Below, in pieces: positions 9,646-19,523 of a stretch of DNA of 64,000 nt. The stretch is from positions 288,001 through 352,000 of the forward strand of contig CAWHEP010000014.1 of NCBI GenBank assembly GCA_963828525.1, written 5' to 3'. Position numbers and translations under genes: made by a program. Within the stretch, counting starts at the first letter, position 1. Each line of letters begins with the position of its first letter. The notes beneath the pieces are model-generated. The model made no database searches. It was not told where the DNA came from and worked only from the letters and a program-made list of their open reading frames with translations. The stretch is from an uncultured Verrucomicrobiae bacterium. Lineage in GTDB: Bacteria > Verrucomicrobiota > Verrucomicrobiia > Chthoniobacterales > Chthoniobacteraceae.

Positions 9646-9999
9646 TCACGCAGCCTTCAACGCGAGCATCATCCAACCCGCCAGCAGCAAAAGGCCGCCG
9701 AGCGGAGTCACAGGTCCAAGCCATCGCCACTGAAGGATCGCGAGTCCATATAGACTGCCGCTGAACAGGAAGATTCCCACCAGGAAAAGCGTCCACGCCG
9801 TTAGCGGAACAGGCGAGCGGTTCGCCAAAATCACCAGGATGACAGCGTGGATGAGGTGGTAGAGCACGGCAGTCTTCCAGGTCTCGGTCGCCGTATGAGC
9901 TTCCAGGAGCGGCTTCAGCATGTGCGCCCCAAAGGCGCCGAGCGCTACTCCAAAAAATCCAACCAGCGCGGATATGCGAACGGCGAGAGCGGGTGTCAT
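9646..9999 (-). CDS. DUF423 (YgdD/TMEM256) membrane protein
   Basis: LGAFGAH, YHLIHA, FSGSLY, GPVTPLGG motifs. Confidence 0.92.
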   Translation of the reverse strand: MTPALAVRISALVGFFGVALGAFGAHMLKPLLEAHTATETWKTAVLYHLIHAVILVILANRSPVPLTAWTLFLVGIFLFSGSLYGLAILQWRWLGPVTPLGGLLLLAGWMMLALKAA

Positions 10000-10067
10000 C
10001 TTGAAACCAAGCATCGCCTTATTGCGGCAGTTTGCACGACTATGTTGCCGATGCCACGGTGCTTGCC

Positions 10068-10916
10068 ATGAGGAACGTAGTGATCGCGGGTTGCGGCTTC
10101 GTGGGACTCAATGCGGGAAGGCTCTTTGAAAAGGCCGGCTGGAACGTCGTCGCCCTCACCCACTCCCCGGAGTCGCGGGACGCGCTAAAGAGCGAGCCGT
10201 TCCAGGTGATCGCTTGCGATATCACGCAACCCCCAGAACTCCAGCGCCTCCTACCTGTTGCCGAGCGCTTCGACGCGGTCGTCCACTGCGCAAGTTCCGG
10301 CAGAGGCGGCGCGGAACAATATCGCAAAGTCTATTTCGAAGGAGCCGTTAATCTCTGCGAAGCCCTTTCGCCAGCCACGTTTTTATTCACCAGCAGCACC
10401 TCCGTCTACGCTCAGGCCGACGGCTCTGCCGTTGACGAGAACAGTCCGGCTCAGCCCGACCGTGAGACCGGAAAGATTCTGCTCGAGGCTGAGCAATCTG
10501 TTCTGGCTAGAGGCGGTTTCGTCGCTCGCCTGGCGGGCATCTATGGACCTCGGCGATCCGTTTTGCTAGCCAAATTCCTCGAAGGCCGCGCGGTGATTGA
10601 AGGCGACGGTTCAAGATGGATCAATCAGATCCACCGGGACGACGCCGCCTCCGCGATTTTCTGTCTGGTTAACGGAGGGCATCCGCCCGGAGTGTATAAC
10701 GTCACCGATGACTGCCCTCTCGCCCAGCGAGAATGCTACGAATGGCTCGCCAAGCACTTTGCCCGTCCGCTTCCTCCCTCCGGTCCCATCGATCCAAATC
10801 GAAAGCGGGGATTGACCAGCAAGCGCGTGATGAACGGAAAACTCCGCGCCTGCGGCTGGGCGCCCAGATACGCATCCTTCAAAGACGCTGTTCTGAACGA
10901 TCCCGGCTTGCTATAA
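10068..10916 (+). CDS. NAD-dependent epimerase/dehydratase (YeeZ-like atypical SDR)
   Basis: IAGCGFVG, FTSSTSVY, RLAGIYGP, NQIHRDD. Confidence 0.88.
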   Translation: MRNVVIAGCGFVGLNAGRLFEKAGWNVVALTHSPESRDALKSEPFQVIACDITQPPELQRLLPVAERFDAVVHCASSGRGGAEQYRKVYFEGAVNLCEALSPATFLFTSSTSVYAQADGSAVDENSPAQPDRETGKILLEAEQSVLARGGFVARLAGIYGPRRSVLLAKFLEGRAVIEGDGSRWINQIHRDDAASAIFCLVNGGHPPGVYNVTDDCPLAQRECYEWLAKHFARPLPPSGPIDPNRKRGLTSKRVMNGKLRACGWAPRYASFKDAVLNDPGLL

Positions 10917-10959
10917 GCATCTGCTTTCCATTGCTCCAGGTGCTGGGTCGCAATCCCCC

Positions 10960-12546
10960 TCACTTCCCATCTTTCCGATACATTTCCTGAACGCGGTGCT
11001 CGTCGAGCAGGTTTGCCTCGATTCCGCCCAGTTTCGCCGAATCATAAAATTGGATGCCCACGTAAAAAAACAAGGGGCAGATCGGGGCTTCATCCGTCAC
11101 CAGAAGGCGCTCGGCTTTGCGGAAGATGTCGAACCGCCGTTGCGTGTCCGTCTCGCGCGCCGCCGCGGCTATGGCTTCATCGTAGCTTTTGTTGCTCCAT
11201 CCCGTGCGATTGTTGCCTCCGTCCGTTACGAACATGTCCATGAATGTGTTGGGGTCGGGATAATCGCCCACCCAGCTTGAGCGGCAGATGTCGTAATCCA
11301 GCCTTGTTAGCGAGCCGAGGTACACCTTCCATTCCTGTCGCAGAAGGCCAATGTTGATTCCGAGTTCCTCCCGAAACATGTTTTGCAGTTCCACCGCGAG
11401 CGCCTCATTTAACTCTCCTTCGCTATAAAGGAAGGTTAGCAGTGGAAACCCTTTGCCGCCGGGATATCCCGCGTCCGCCAGCAGCTTCCTCGCGCGCTTA
11501 GGGTCTCTCGCGTCCCCAGGTGGCGGTTGGTAGCCCGCGGTGCCCGGAGGAACGAGGCTTGCCGCGGGCTGTTCACCTCCGCGCGTTATCTTATCCACGA
11601 GCAGTTGCTTGTTGACCACGAGGCTGAACGCCTTGCGCACCCTGGGATCATCCAGTGGCTTTTTTTTCACGTTAAACCGCAGGAAGAAGCTGCCCAAAAA
11701 AGGCGCGGAATGGTAATAGGGTTGCTTCTTCAGGTCGGAAAGGAGCGCCGGGGGAACAAGTCCTTTGTCCATCATGAGATCCGCGGCGCCCGACGTGAAG
11801 AAGTTCAGCGCGGTGATCGCTTTCGCGGTCGGCAGGATGTCCACGGTCGAGAGAGCGACATGTTCCCTGTCCCAATAACGTGGATTTTTGCGGAGGCTTA
11901 TCCGGTCGTTAATGCGCCAGTCCGCCAGCTCGTAGGCGCCATTGCTCACCAATTTGCCCGGCTTGATCCATTGGTCTCCCTCCTTCTCGATTGTCGCTAG
12001 CGGCACGGGAAGCAGTGTCTCAAAAGCGCAAATATCGAGAAAAAAGGGCGTGGGGTTTTCGAGCGTCACTATCAGCGTATGGGCATCCGCGGCATGCGCG
12101 CCCACCTGATTGAAATCCTTTAGCGTTCCGTCGTTGAAAGGCTTTCCGTTCTTTAGGTAGTAAAGCTGGTAGGCGTATTCGGAGGCGGTTTCCGGAGCCA
12201 GCGTCCTCCGCCACGATCCGACAAAATCCGCCGCTGTCACAGGATCACCATTGGTCCATGCAGCGTTTGATCTCAGATGGAAGGTGTATGTCCGCTTGTC
12301 AGCAGAGAGTTCCCACCGCTCCGCGACCCCGGGCTTGAGGTGAGCCGCCGCGTCAAGGCTCAGTAAACCTTCAAAGAGCGCGTAAACGATGCGGCCTTCC
12401 GGCTGGCCCGTTATTGCGGCAGGATCAAGGCTTTCAGGTTCCGCGCCGTTCAGGAATACCAGGTCCGCGCGCTTTGCGGGAGGCGCGCATCCGGCGAGCA
12501 TGCACAGATACGCCACCGCGGCACAACCCATGGCGCTCGTTTTCAT
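10960..12546 (-). CDS. oppA: Peptide ABC transporter substrate-binding lipoprotein
   Basis: Lipobox LAGC, EPESLDP, YTFHLR..A.WTNGDPVTA.DF, SNGAY, WVGDYPDP. Confidence 0.9.
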   Translation of the reverse strand: MKTSAMGCAAVAYLCMLAGCAPPAKRADLVFLNGAEPESLDPAAITGQPEGRIVYALFEGLLSLDAAAHLKPGVAERWELSADKRTYTFHLRSNAAWTNGDPVTAADFVGSWRRTLAPETASEYAYQLYYLKNGKPFNDGTLKDFNQVGAHAADAHTLIVTLENPTPFFLDICAFETLLPVPLATIEKEGDQWIKPGKLVSNGAYELADWRINDRISLRKNPRYWDREHVALSTVDILPTAKAITALNFFTSGAADLMMDKGLVPPALLSDLKKQPYYHSAPFLGSFFLRFNVKKKPLDDPRVRKAFSLVVNKQLLVDKITRGGEQPAASLVPPGTAGYQPPPGDARDPKRARKLLADAGYPGGKGFPLLTFLYSEGELNEALAVELQNMFREELGINIGLLRQEWKVYLGSLTRLDYDICRSSWVGDYPDPNTFMDMFVTDGGNNRTGWSNKSYDEAIAAAARETDTQRRFDIFRKAERLLVTDEAPICPLFFYVGIQFYDSAKLGGIEANLLDEHRVQEMYRKDGK

Positions 12547-13283
12547 TCGCATAGCTTTGCCGCCGCCAGTCTGCTCCCCGAGAGCGCTATGCGGTGGAGA
12601 ATCGCAAGCCGCGCTCCAGCCGATGATTCCTGCCACACAGGTTTCCGGACTACCCTCAGCGTTGACCCCTCCCTCACCAAAAGCCCGCAGTTTAGCGGAG
12701 CCTCGCACTCCGCGATGATTCCCTCCTCCGTAACGAGATAGAACAAATTCGCGCAACCATACCGGATCATCTTTTCGAACTTGTTTCTTCGCAACAGGCC
12801 GTTATGCAGGCGTCCGATCCCTTTCAGGACAGCGGAGTAGCCCCGGTGTCCGATTGCTTCCAGGCTGTAGGTCTCATACTCCGCGAAGAGTGAGTCTCCG
12901 TTTGCCGCCGAAGGGAAGTGAACCCGGAGGAGCCGCTCCAGCGTCACGCGCCGCCCATGCAGTTGCTCCAGGCGCTCTCGAGCTTTCCCGGCCCGGCACG
13001 AATCCCGCAAAAAATCGCTCCGCGACTGCTTGCACTCAAATACCGCCGTCGTGCCCAGCGCCGCGTGGGACTGGCGCAACGTCCGGCCCTCGAATTGCAC
13101 CGCCCGTGTCTCTGCCGCGGCTCTATATGCCGCGACATCCGCCCTGTACCCGCAATGCGGCAGCGAGATTTCGAACCCCTGGCACGAGTAACCTTGCTCC
13201 GCCGCCCACGCGAAGCAAAGCCGCTTTAATTCCCTGTGCTTTTCGGTCTCGCCACGGCGGGCTCTGGTTGAGTTCGTTTGCAT
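12543..13283 (-). CDS. PD-(D/E)XK nuclease-like protein (MmcB/DUF1052-like)
   Basis: RADVAAY...VFECKQSRSDFLRD...CANLFYLV...GLLV pattern; stop overlaps the oppA start (ATGA). Confidence 0.65.
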   Translation of the reverse strand: MQTNSTRARRGETEKHRELKRLCFAWAAEQGYSCQGFEISLPHCGYRADVAAYRAAAETRAVQFEGRTLRQSHAALGTTAVFECKQSRSDFLRDSCRAGKARERLEQLHGRRVTLERLLRVHFPSAANGDSLFAEYETYSLEAIGHRGYSAVLKGIGRLHNGLLRRNKFEKMIRYGCANLFYLVTEEGIIAECEAPLNCGLLVREGSTLRVVRKPVWQESSAGARLAILHRIALSGSRLAAAKLCE

Positions 13284-13372
13284 GCGCGCCCCGCATTGTC
13301 GCCAAGGAGGCGGGGGGACGCCAGATTTTCGTTGCGCGCCTCCTCTATGCTCACCCACAATCGGCATTCCCT

Positions 13373-13681
13373 ATGAAATGCCCAAAATTTGTTCTTCCCT
13401 GTTCCCTCGCGTTGGCCCTCACCGTCTCCTCATTTGCGGGAGCCCCGGCAAGCTACCAGGTCACCGGCCCTGTCCTTGAATTGACCGACACCACCATCGT
13501 CGTGAAGAAGGGGACCGACCGCTGGGAACTGGCGCGAACCGCCGCCACCAAAGTCACAGGCGACCTCAAAGTAGGCTCGAAGGTGACCATCCAGTACTCG
13601 ATGACCGCCGTTTCGGTGGACGTCAAAGCCGACAAAGCTTCAAAGAAGGCTGCCGCCGCCGCGTCCGCCTCTCCCAAGTAG
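13373..13681 (+). CDS. Small secreted beta-rich (OB-fold-like) protein
   Basis: Signal peptide, then YQVTGPVLE...DLKVGSKVTIQYSMTA. Confidence 0.75.
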   Translation: MKCPKFVLPCSLALALTVSSFAGAPASYQVTGPVLELTDTTIVVKKGTDRWELARTAATKVTGDLKVGSKVTIQYSMTAVSVDVKADKASKKAAAAASASPK

Positions 13682-13729
13682 CCGCGCGGAGAGAGGGATT
13701 ACCCGCTTTCCCGTTAAGATCCCAATCTT

Positions 13730-14416
13730 CTACGCCCGGCTGCTCAGCATCCGGTTTATGGTTGCCGCCGCGTAAGCCGCGCCAAATCCGTTGTCGATGT
13801 TGACAACGGTCACTCCGCTTCCGCAGCTATTCAGCATTCCCAGGAGGGCGGCGAGACCGCCAAAGCTCGCTCCATATCCCACGCTGGTAGGCACGGCGAT
13901 GATCGGCTTGCTCGTAAGTCCTGCCACCGCGCTTGGCAGCGCGCCCTCCATTCCGGCTACGACCACTAACACGTTGCACGCCTCCAGCCGGTCCCGCTCG
14001 GCAAGCAACCGGTGGATGCCAGCCACTCCCACATCGTAAATCTTTTCAACTCGGTTGCCGAAGATTTCCAGCGTGACCACGCTCTCTTCGGCTACTGGGA
14101 GGTCCGACGTTCCAGCGCATAGCACGCCCACCATTCCCTCGTTCTTCGGCATCGGCGTGTTCTCCACAGTGATGCATCGGGCCCGCCGATGGAACACAGC
14201 GTTCGGGAAAGCCGGGGCCAGAGCCGCGAAATGGCTCTCCTTCACTCGCGTCGCAAGCAGCACCGGGTCGTGCTCAAGGATCACTCTGGCTATTTCTACA
14301 AAATCTTCCGGAGTCTTCCCCTCGCAATACACCACCTCCGGAAAACCCCGGCGCTTTCTACGATCCGTGTCCACCCGCGCGAATCCAAGATCTACAAACG
14401 GCTTGGAGCTATCCAT
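13730..14416 (-). CDS. larB: Nickel-pincer cofactor biosynthesis protein LarB
   Basis: RRGFPEVVYCEGKT, AGTSDLPVAEE, DVGVAGIHRL, AGMEGALPS, VNIDNGFGAA. Confidence 0.93.
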   Translation of the reverse strand: MDSSKPFVDLGFARVDTDRRKRRGFPEVVYCEGKTPEDFVEIARVILEHDPVLLATRVKESHFAALAPAFPNAVFHRRARCITVENTPMPKNEGMVGVLCAGTSDLPVAEESVVTLEIFGNRVEKIYDVGVAGIHRLLAERDRLEACNVLVVVAGMEGALPSAVAGLTSKPIIAVPTSVGYGASFGGLAALLGMLNSCGSGVTVVNIDNGFGAAYAAATINRMLSSRA

Positions 14417-14926
14417 TCAACACTCGCCCAAATTTTTCCCAGCCCCGTCTGTCACAACCGCCGCCCGCTCACCCTTAAGAAGAAGGCGCATCGGCAGCAT
14501 GGTGGAATTGAAAAAACCATGGCGCTTGAAGAAGGCCTGCGCTTCCGAGTTCGTTTTGTCGGTCAACAGCGTAATCCTGAGGAAATCCTTTTCGCGCGCG
14601 AATTTGACCGCGTAGGCAAGGAGTTGATCTCCATAGCCATGCCCACGGTAATCCCGGTGGACGACCATGTCTTCCAATACGATCACGAAACCGCCCTCCG
14701 CCGTGCTGATGGTAAAGAGAAGATTCACCATCGCCACTATTTCCCGGTTTTGCCTAAGCACGAAAACTCGGCCCCGATTCGGCTGCTCAAGCAAAAGGCG
14801 CAGTCCGCGCATCTGTTTGGCGCGGTCCGCGACGAAATCTTCTTCCTGTGAGAAGAGGTCTACCAGCAGGTCAGTGAGCGCGGGTAGATCTTCCAGCGTA
14901 GCCGGCTCTATGGAGGTCTGGCTCAT
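14417..14926 (-). CDS. GNAT N-acetyltransferase
   Basis: LEDMVVHRDYRGHGYG acetyl-CoA motif; AQAFFKRHGF. Confidence 0.9.
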   Translation of the reverse strand: MSQTSIEPATLEDLPALTDLLVDLFSQEEDFVADRAKQMRGLRLLLEQPNRGRVFVLRQNREIVAMVNLLFTISTAEGGFVIVLEDMVVHRDYRGHGYGDQLLAYAVKFAREKDFLRITLLTDKTNSEAQAFFKRHGFFNSTMLPMRLLLKGERAAVVTDGAGKNLGEC

Positions 14927-14957
14927 GGATGGCGCGGACTTCCGCTGGCCCGGTGGC

Positions 14958-16596
14958 TCATTGTTTCTTTGTCTCGGCGAGAGCCGCGAGTATTTCCTCT
15001 CTCGTTGCCCGGTCGCAAAATCCCGCGAATGTTTCTCCCTCCGCGCGCTTGGCGTCGAAAACTCGCAGGAGGCTTATCGATGAAGAGATGGACATCCTTC
15101 GCGATGATCTTCCCTTTCAGCAGCTCATTAAAACGCCGGTTGCCGCCCAGGCGCCCCCCGATGAAGGCGTCGTACGCGTCGACCATCTCCCCGTTGATTT
15201 TCGTGCGGGCGCCGCGAAAGCCGATGTCCGCGATCTGATGCTGTCCGCAACTCGATGGGCACCCACTAAAATGGATGCGTATTTTATCCTTGTACCAGCC
15301 GCTCGTTTGCTCCAGTTGATCAACCAGCGCGATCATCCTGTTTTTGGTCTCTGCGACTGCCAGGTTGCAGAACTCGATGCCGGTGCACGAAACACAGCCT
15401 TGCCGGAAGTTCGAAGACGCATACACAAAGCCACCGAGATCCAGATCACCCTTCAGTTCGGGCAGATTCGCCTCTGGTATATTAAGCAACAGCAGGTTCT
15501 GCTTATTCGTCAGCCGGATTGCGTCTTTCCCTCGAGCGCAGTATTTCGCCGCAAGCTCCCCGATCTTCTCGAGTTGCCCGTTTCGAATCCTCCCGCCAGC
15601 GAAATTGATACCCACCCAATACAGTCCGGCCTGCTTTTGGGCATGTATTCCGAGGTGATCCGCCTCCTGGTCCCCCGGCGTCTCAAACTCCGTGTGCGCT
15701 TCCGGCTTGAAGTCCAGCTTGGCCTCCACCTCAGCCGCCATACGTTCCACTCCCCAGTCTGCGACCAGGAACTTGAACCTCGCGCGGTTTCGCCGGAGTC
15801 GATAGCCATGGTCCCGAAAGATTTCGCTCACGGCCTTCACAACAGGCCACACTTGTTCAGGCCTCAGGAAATAGGGGAGGATCTGCGCGAGGTGAGGGGA
15901 TGAGGAGAGCCCGCCTCCCACCATGATGCCAAACCCCGCCTCCGTGCCGCTGTTGGTCTCTCGACGCAAACCAAAAATCCCTGTGCAGTTGATGTCAGGC
16001 TGCGCGCACCGGATACAGCATCCGGAGACAGATATCTTGTATTTCCTCGGGAGGTTTGAGAACTCGCGGTTGTTGGTCATCGCCGCGTTCACTTCATCGA
16101 GCACGGGAGTGCCGTCGATGATCTCATTTGGATCGATCCCTGCCACTGGGCATCCCACCACATTCCGGGTGTCGTCTCCGCAAGCTCCGCTCGTAGTGAT
16201 ACCCACAGAGTCCAGCTCCGCAAAGATCTCTGGAATGTCTTCGATGCGCAGCCAGTGCAACTGGATTGTCTGCCGCGTCGTGATGTCCGAAAACCCATGT
16301 CCGTAACGATCCGTCAGCTGCGAGATCACCTTTGCCTGCGCCGCGTTCAGCTGTCCGCCAGGCAGCTTCGTTCTCAGCATAAAGTAGCCGGAATCCTTGG
16401 GCTTTTGGCGGTAGACGCCATACCACTTCATCCGCTCAAAATCGTCTTCTTCAATCGAAGAAAACCCGGTCTTCGCGTAGCGATAGATATCATGCGCCAC
16501 ATCCAGGCCATCCTTCTCCTGCTTTATTTTTTCCTGTGGCGTCAGCGGAATGAGCCCCTGCTTTACCGCCGCGAAATCGGGATTGATGTCGATCAT
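14958..16596 (-). CDS. Ferredoxin-dependent sulfite/nitrite reductase; frameshift near 15070
   Basis: TTRQTIQ, LPRKYK, siroheme/4Fe-4S motifs CTGIEFC and SGCPSSCG. The corrected C-terminus KLLRVFDAKRAEGETFAGFCDR ends at TGA 14958. Confidence 0.92.
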
Positions 16597-16856
16597 AAGC
16601 TTCCCTCGTTTCGTGCCCGACACCCACGCCCGGAGCCTTTATAAGGGAGAAAAACTTTAGAGTACACCGATACCTTTGCAAAGGTTATTTGGGTAACGGG
16701 CGGCTGCCAAACACGCATCGCGCCGGGCGCGGAAAGTTGCGCGTCTGGCGAGATGAAGCGGATCCATACTCGATGGCGGTTTTCGAACGCGGGCGGTCAA
16801 ATAGATCTAAGGGGTCTCCTCCACCTCCCGCCCTCCATGTAAAAATCGCTCTTTTA

Positions 16857-16892
16857 TTGACAAACCTTCTCTGCCTATTACCCTTGGCACTC
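16857..16892 (+). promoter_or_regulatory. Putative sigma-70 promoter of the rpmH operon
   Basis: TTGACA, 16 nt, TACCCT; near-duplicate motif upstream of rpoZ. Confidence 0.5.
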
Positions 16893-16915
16893 TTCAAATT
16901 TGAAAGTTTAGCTCT

Positions 16916-17089
16916 ATGAAACGCACTTATCAGCCTTCCAAACGCACGCGGAAACGCCAGTTTGGCTTTCGCGCCCGTATGAAAACAAAGGCAGGGCGCG
17001 CGACGCTCGCGCGCCGTCGGCAGCGTGGCCGGAAACGTCTCTTGCCGGTTGGCGTCGATATTCACTACGCTCGCCACACACAGGCGTAA
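16916..17089 (+). CDS. rpmH: 50S ribosomal protein L34 (57 aa)
   Basis: [57 protein letters not shown]; below the ORF track cutoff. Confidence 0.97.
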   Translation: MKRTYQPSKRTRKRQFGFRARMKTKAGRATLARRRQRGRKRLLPVGVDIHYARHTQA

Positions 17090-17113
17090 CCAAGCCTCCC
17101 CGCGGTGGGGAAG

Positions 17114-17467
17114 ATGCGTCTCCGGTTTCCAAAGTCCGTAAGGCTGGCCGAAGCGGCGGAATTCCAGAGAGTCAAGCGGGAGGGTATTGCATTTCACGGG
17201 AGTCTGCTCATTTTAAGCGTTCTTAAGTCCCCGGGCTTGGAGCCGAAGTTCGGTATCATCACCTCGCGGCGTGTCGGCAACGCTGTCATCCGAAACCGGG
17301 CTCGCAGACGGCTCCGAGAGATACTGCGGCTTGCGCGCCCCAGCTTTGTGTCTGGTTTTCATCTGGTCATCATCGCCAGGAAGGGCTGCGCGTATGCTCC
17401 TCACGCTGACTTAAAAAATGAGTGGTTGCGTCTCGCGAACCGAGCGGCTCTTCTAGGAGCCGCGTGA
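17114..17467 (+). CDS. rnpA: Ribonuclease P protein component
   Basis: VGNAVIRNRARRRLRE (RNR motif); synteny after rpmH. Confidence 0.95.
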   Translation: MRLRFPKSVRLAEAAEFQRVKREGIAFHGSLLILSVLKSPGLEPKFGIITSRRVGNAVIRNRARRRLREILRLARPSFVSGFHLVIIARKGCAYAPHADLKNEWLRLANRAALLGAA

Positions 17468-17797
17468 AAGCTTCTCCGACATCGTCTCATTCCGAGTGTT
17501 CATTCGGCTCGTCCAAGGCCTTGCCCGGACGGCCGCGGCGCAAGGGCGTTTTCTCCACTGCGCCTCGCCATCCGGAGTTATCAAATGCTTATCTCGCCTG
17601 TGCTTGTTTTCATCTGCGGACCCCAGTCCGGCTGCCGCTTCGAGCCAAGCTGTTCGCGTTACTTCCTGGAAGCAGTGGAGACACATGGCACAGCGCGCGG
17701 TTTCCGGTTGGGTATTCGCCGGATCTTGCGCTGCAATCCTTGGGGCGGGCTCGGGGCGGATCCAGTCCCAGGAGCGACTACTAAGGAGAGCAGGTAA
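17464..17797 (+). CDS. yidD: Membrane protein insertion efficiency factor (start uncertain, possible frameshift near the 5' end)
   Basis: [11 protein letters not shown]...[10 protein letters not shown]...RILRCNPW...DPVP; lies between rnpA and yidC. Confidence 0.88.
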
Positions 17798-17798
17798 A

Positions 17799-19523
17799 AT
17801 GGATCGTAAAGGCATCGCGGGCGTCGCTCTCGCCATCATCGTTCTGATCGCTTGGGAATATTACACCGCAAAGCACTATCGCCCTCCCGTTGCTCCAGTC
17901 GTGGCTGTTGCGCCGATGCCTTCCGCGACGCTGTCGGAGAGCACTCCCGCCGTGGGAATGCCTGTCGCCTCCGTCGGCCACGCCGGCGAGACAGCTGTTG
18001 CTGAATCACTTCAAAAGGTCGGTACGGGTTCGGTCGAATACACTTTCACCAACCGCGGAGGCGGCATCTCAAAGGCCGTTCTCGTGAAATACCCTGTCGA
18101 TGGCGGCGCGAAAGGTGGTTCAAAAGTCACCTTGAACGAATTCGGCTCGACTGCGATCGGCATCCTCGGGCGCGCGCCCGGCGAAGGGGCCGATATGGCG
18201 TACACGGTGGAGCAGAAGAACGGGCAGGTGATTTGCAGCGGAGCCTGGGATGACCAGGTCGCCGTTCAAAAGCGGTTCACCTTGCCTCAGGGGACGTCTG
18301 GAAAGGACGAGTATCTGATGAAGTGCGACATCAGCTTCACAAATCACGGCTCCTCTCCGCAATCGTTGGATGGCTACTACATCGGCTTGGGATCGGCGGC
18401 CTTTGTCCACCGGGGTGACCGAACCAACTACACGGGTTTCGGGTGGTTCCATGGGGAAAAGGCGCAGTTCATCGACACAAGCTGGTTTGCTTCCAAGCAG
18501 GTGCCTATCGTTGGCATCCAGACCAGCGCGGAAAAGGCAGTTTACTCGGAGACCGCCGACAGCATCCCGTGGGCAGGCGTCACCAATCAATATTTCACCA
18601 CTCTCTTTTCCGAAATACCCAATCCCGCAAGGATCGCGTGGGCGCGGCGCTTCGCTCTGAAGCAGGATGGCGCGCCCATTTACGGGATCGAGGGAGCCAT
18701 CGGCATGCCTCCTTTCAAGCTCGACCCGGGACAGACCGTCGAGCAGCACTTCGAAATCTATTGCGGCCCCAAGATGTACGCTGTCCTCAAGCAACTGGGG
18801 AACTCCCAGGAAGACATCATGAACTTCAATTGGACGAAGTGGGTGAGCATCTTCCTCCTGAACGCCATGAACTGGCTGAAGAGCATCCTTGGGAATTACG
18901 TGGCAGCCATCCTCGTCCTCACGATCTGCATCAAATCCGCTCTCTGGATTCCGCAGAACGCCGCCACCAAGTCCATGAAGCGGATGCAAGCCTTGCAGCC
19001 GAAGATGAATGAACTGCGGGAAAAGTACAAGGACGATCCCACCAGGATGAACCAGGAGCTCATGAAGCTCTACAAGGTCTACGGCATCAATCCTTTCGCG
19101 GGCTGCCTCCCGATGTTCATCCAGATACCGATCTTCTTCGGCTTCTTCAATATGTTGGGCAGCGCCGTGGAACTTCGCGGAGCCGGTTTCCTATGGGTGC
19201 GCGACCTTTCTCAACCCGATACCATCGCGACCATCGCGGGCTACCACATCAATCTCCTTCCCTTGCTCATGGCGGCTACCATGCTCTGGCAAATGTCCAT
19301 TACGCCTAAGTCCGGAGATCCGGTTCAGCAGCGTATTTTCATGTTCATGCCGCTCATATTCGTATTTTTCTGCTACAACTTCGCTTCCGCTCTGTCCCTG
19401 TACTATGCGGTGCAGAACCTTTTCTCGATCGCGCAACTTTACGTCACCAGGAGTCAGCCCATTCCTGCCTTGCAAAAGGTGTCGACTGGCCTTCCCCCTA
19501 AAAAGAGAAGGGGAGGATTATGA
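17799..19523 (+). CDS. yidC: Membrane protein insertase YidC
   Basis: SMKRMQALQPKM...LYK...NPFAGCLPMFIQIPIF, FLWVRDLSQPD. Confidence 0.96.
   Translation: MDRKGIAGVALAIIVLIAWEYYTAKHYRPPVAPVVAVAPMPSATLSESTPAVGMPVASVGHAGETAVAESLQKVGTGSVEYTFTNRGGGISKAVLVKYPVDGGAKGGSKVTLNEFGSTAIGILGRAPGEGADMAYTVEQKNGQVICSGAWDDQVAVQKRFTLPQGTSGKDEYLMKCDISFTNHGSSPQSLDGYYIGLGSAAFVHRGDRTNYTGFGWFHGEKAQFIDTSWFASKQVPIVGIQTSAEKAVYSETADSIPWAGVTNQYFTTLFSEIPNPARIAWARRFALKQDGAPIYGIEGAIGMPPFKLDPGQTVEQHFEIYCGPKMYAVLKQLGNSQEDIMNFNWTKWVSIFLLNAMNWLKSILGNYVAAILVLTICIKSALWIPQNAATKSMKRMQALQPKMNELREKYKDDPTRMNQELMKLYKVYGINPFAGCLPMFIQIPIFFGFFNMLGSAVELRGAGFLWVRDLSQPDTIATIAGYHINLLPLLMAATMLWQMSITPKSGDPVQQRIFMFMPLIFVFFCYNFASALSLYYAVQNLFSIAQLYVTRSQPIPALQKVSTGLPPKKRRGGL

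Noticed and set aside
16884..16910. CIRCE element (TTGGCACTC-N9-...)
   Set aside because: The right arm GAAAGTTTA matches GAGTGCTAA at only 5 of 9 positions, and the downstream genes are not chaperones.
16625..16915. oriC next to rpmH
   Set aside because: No dnaA and no clustered TTATCCACA boxes.
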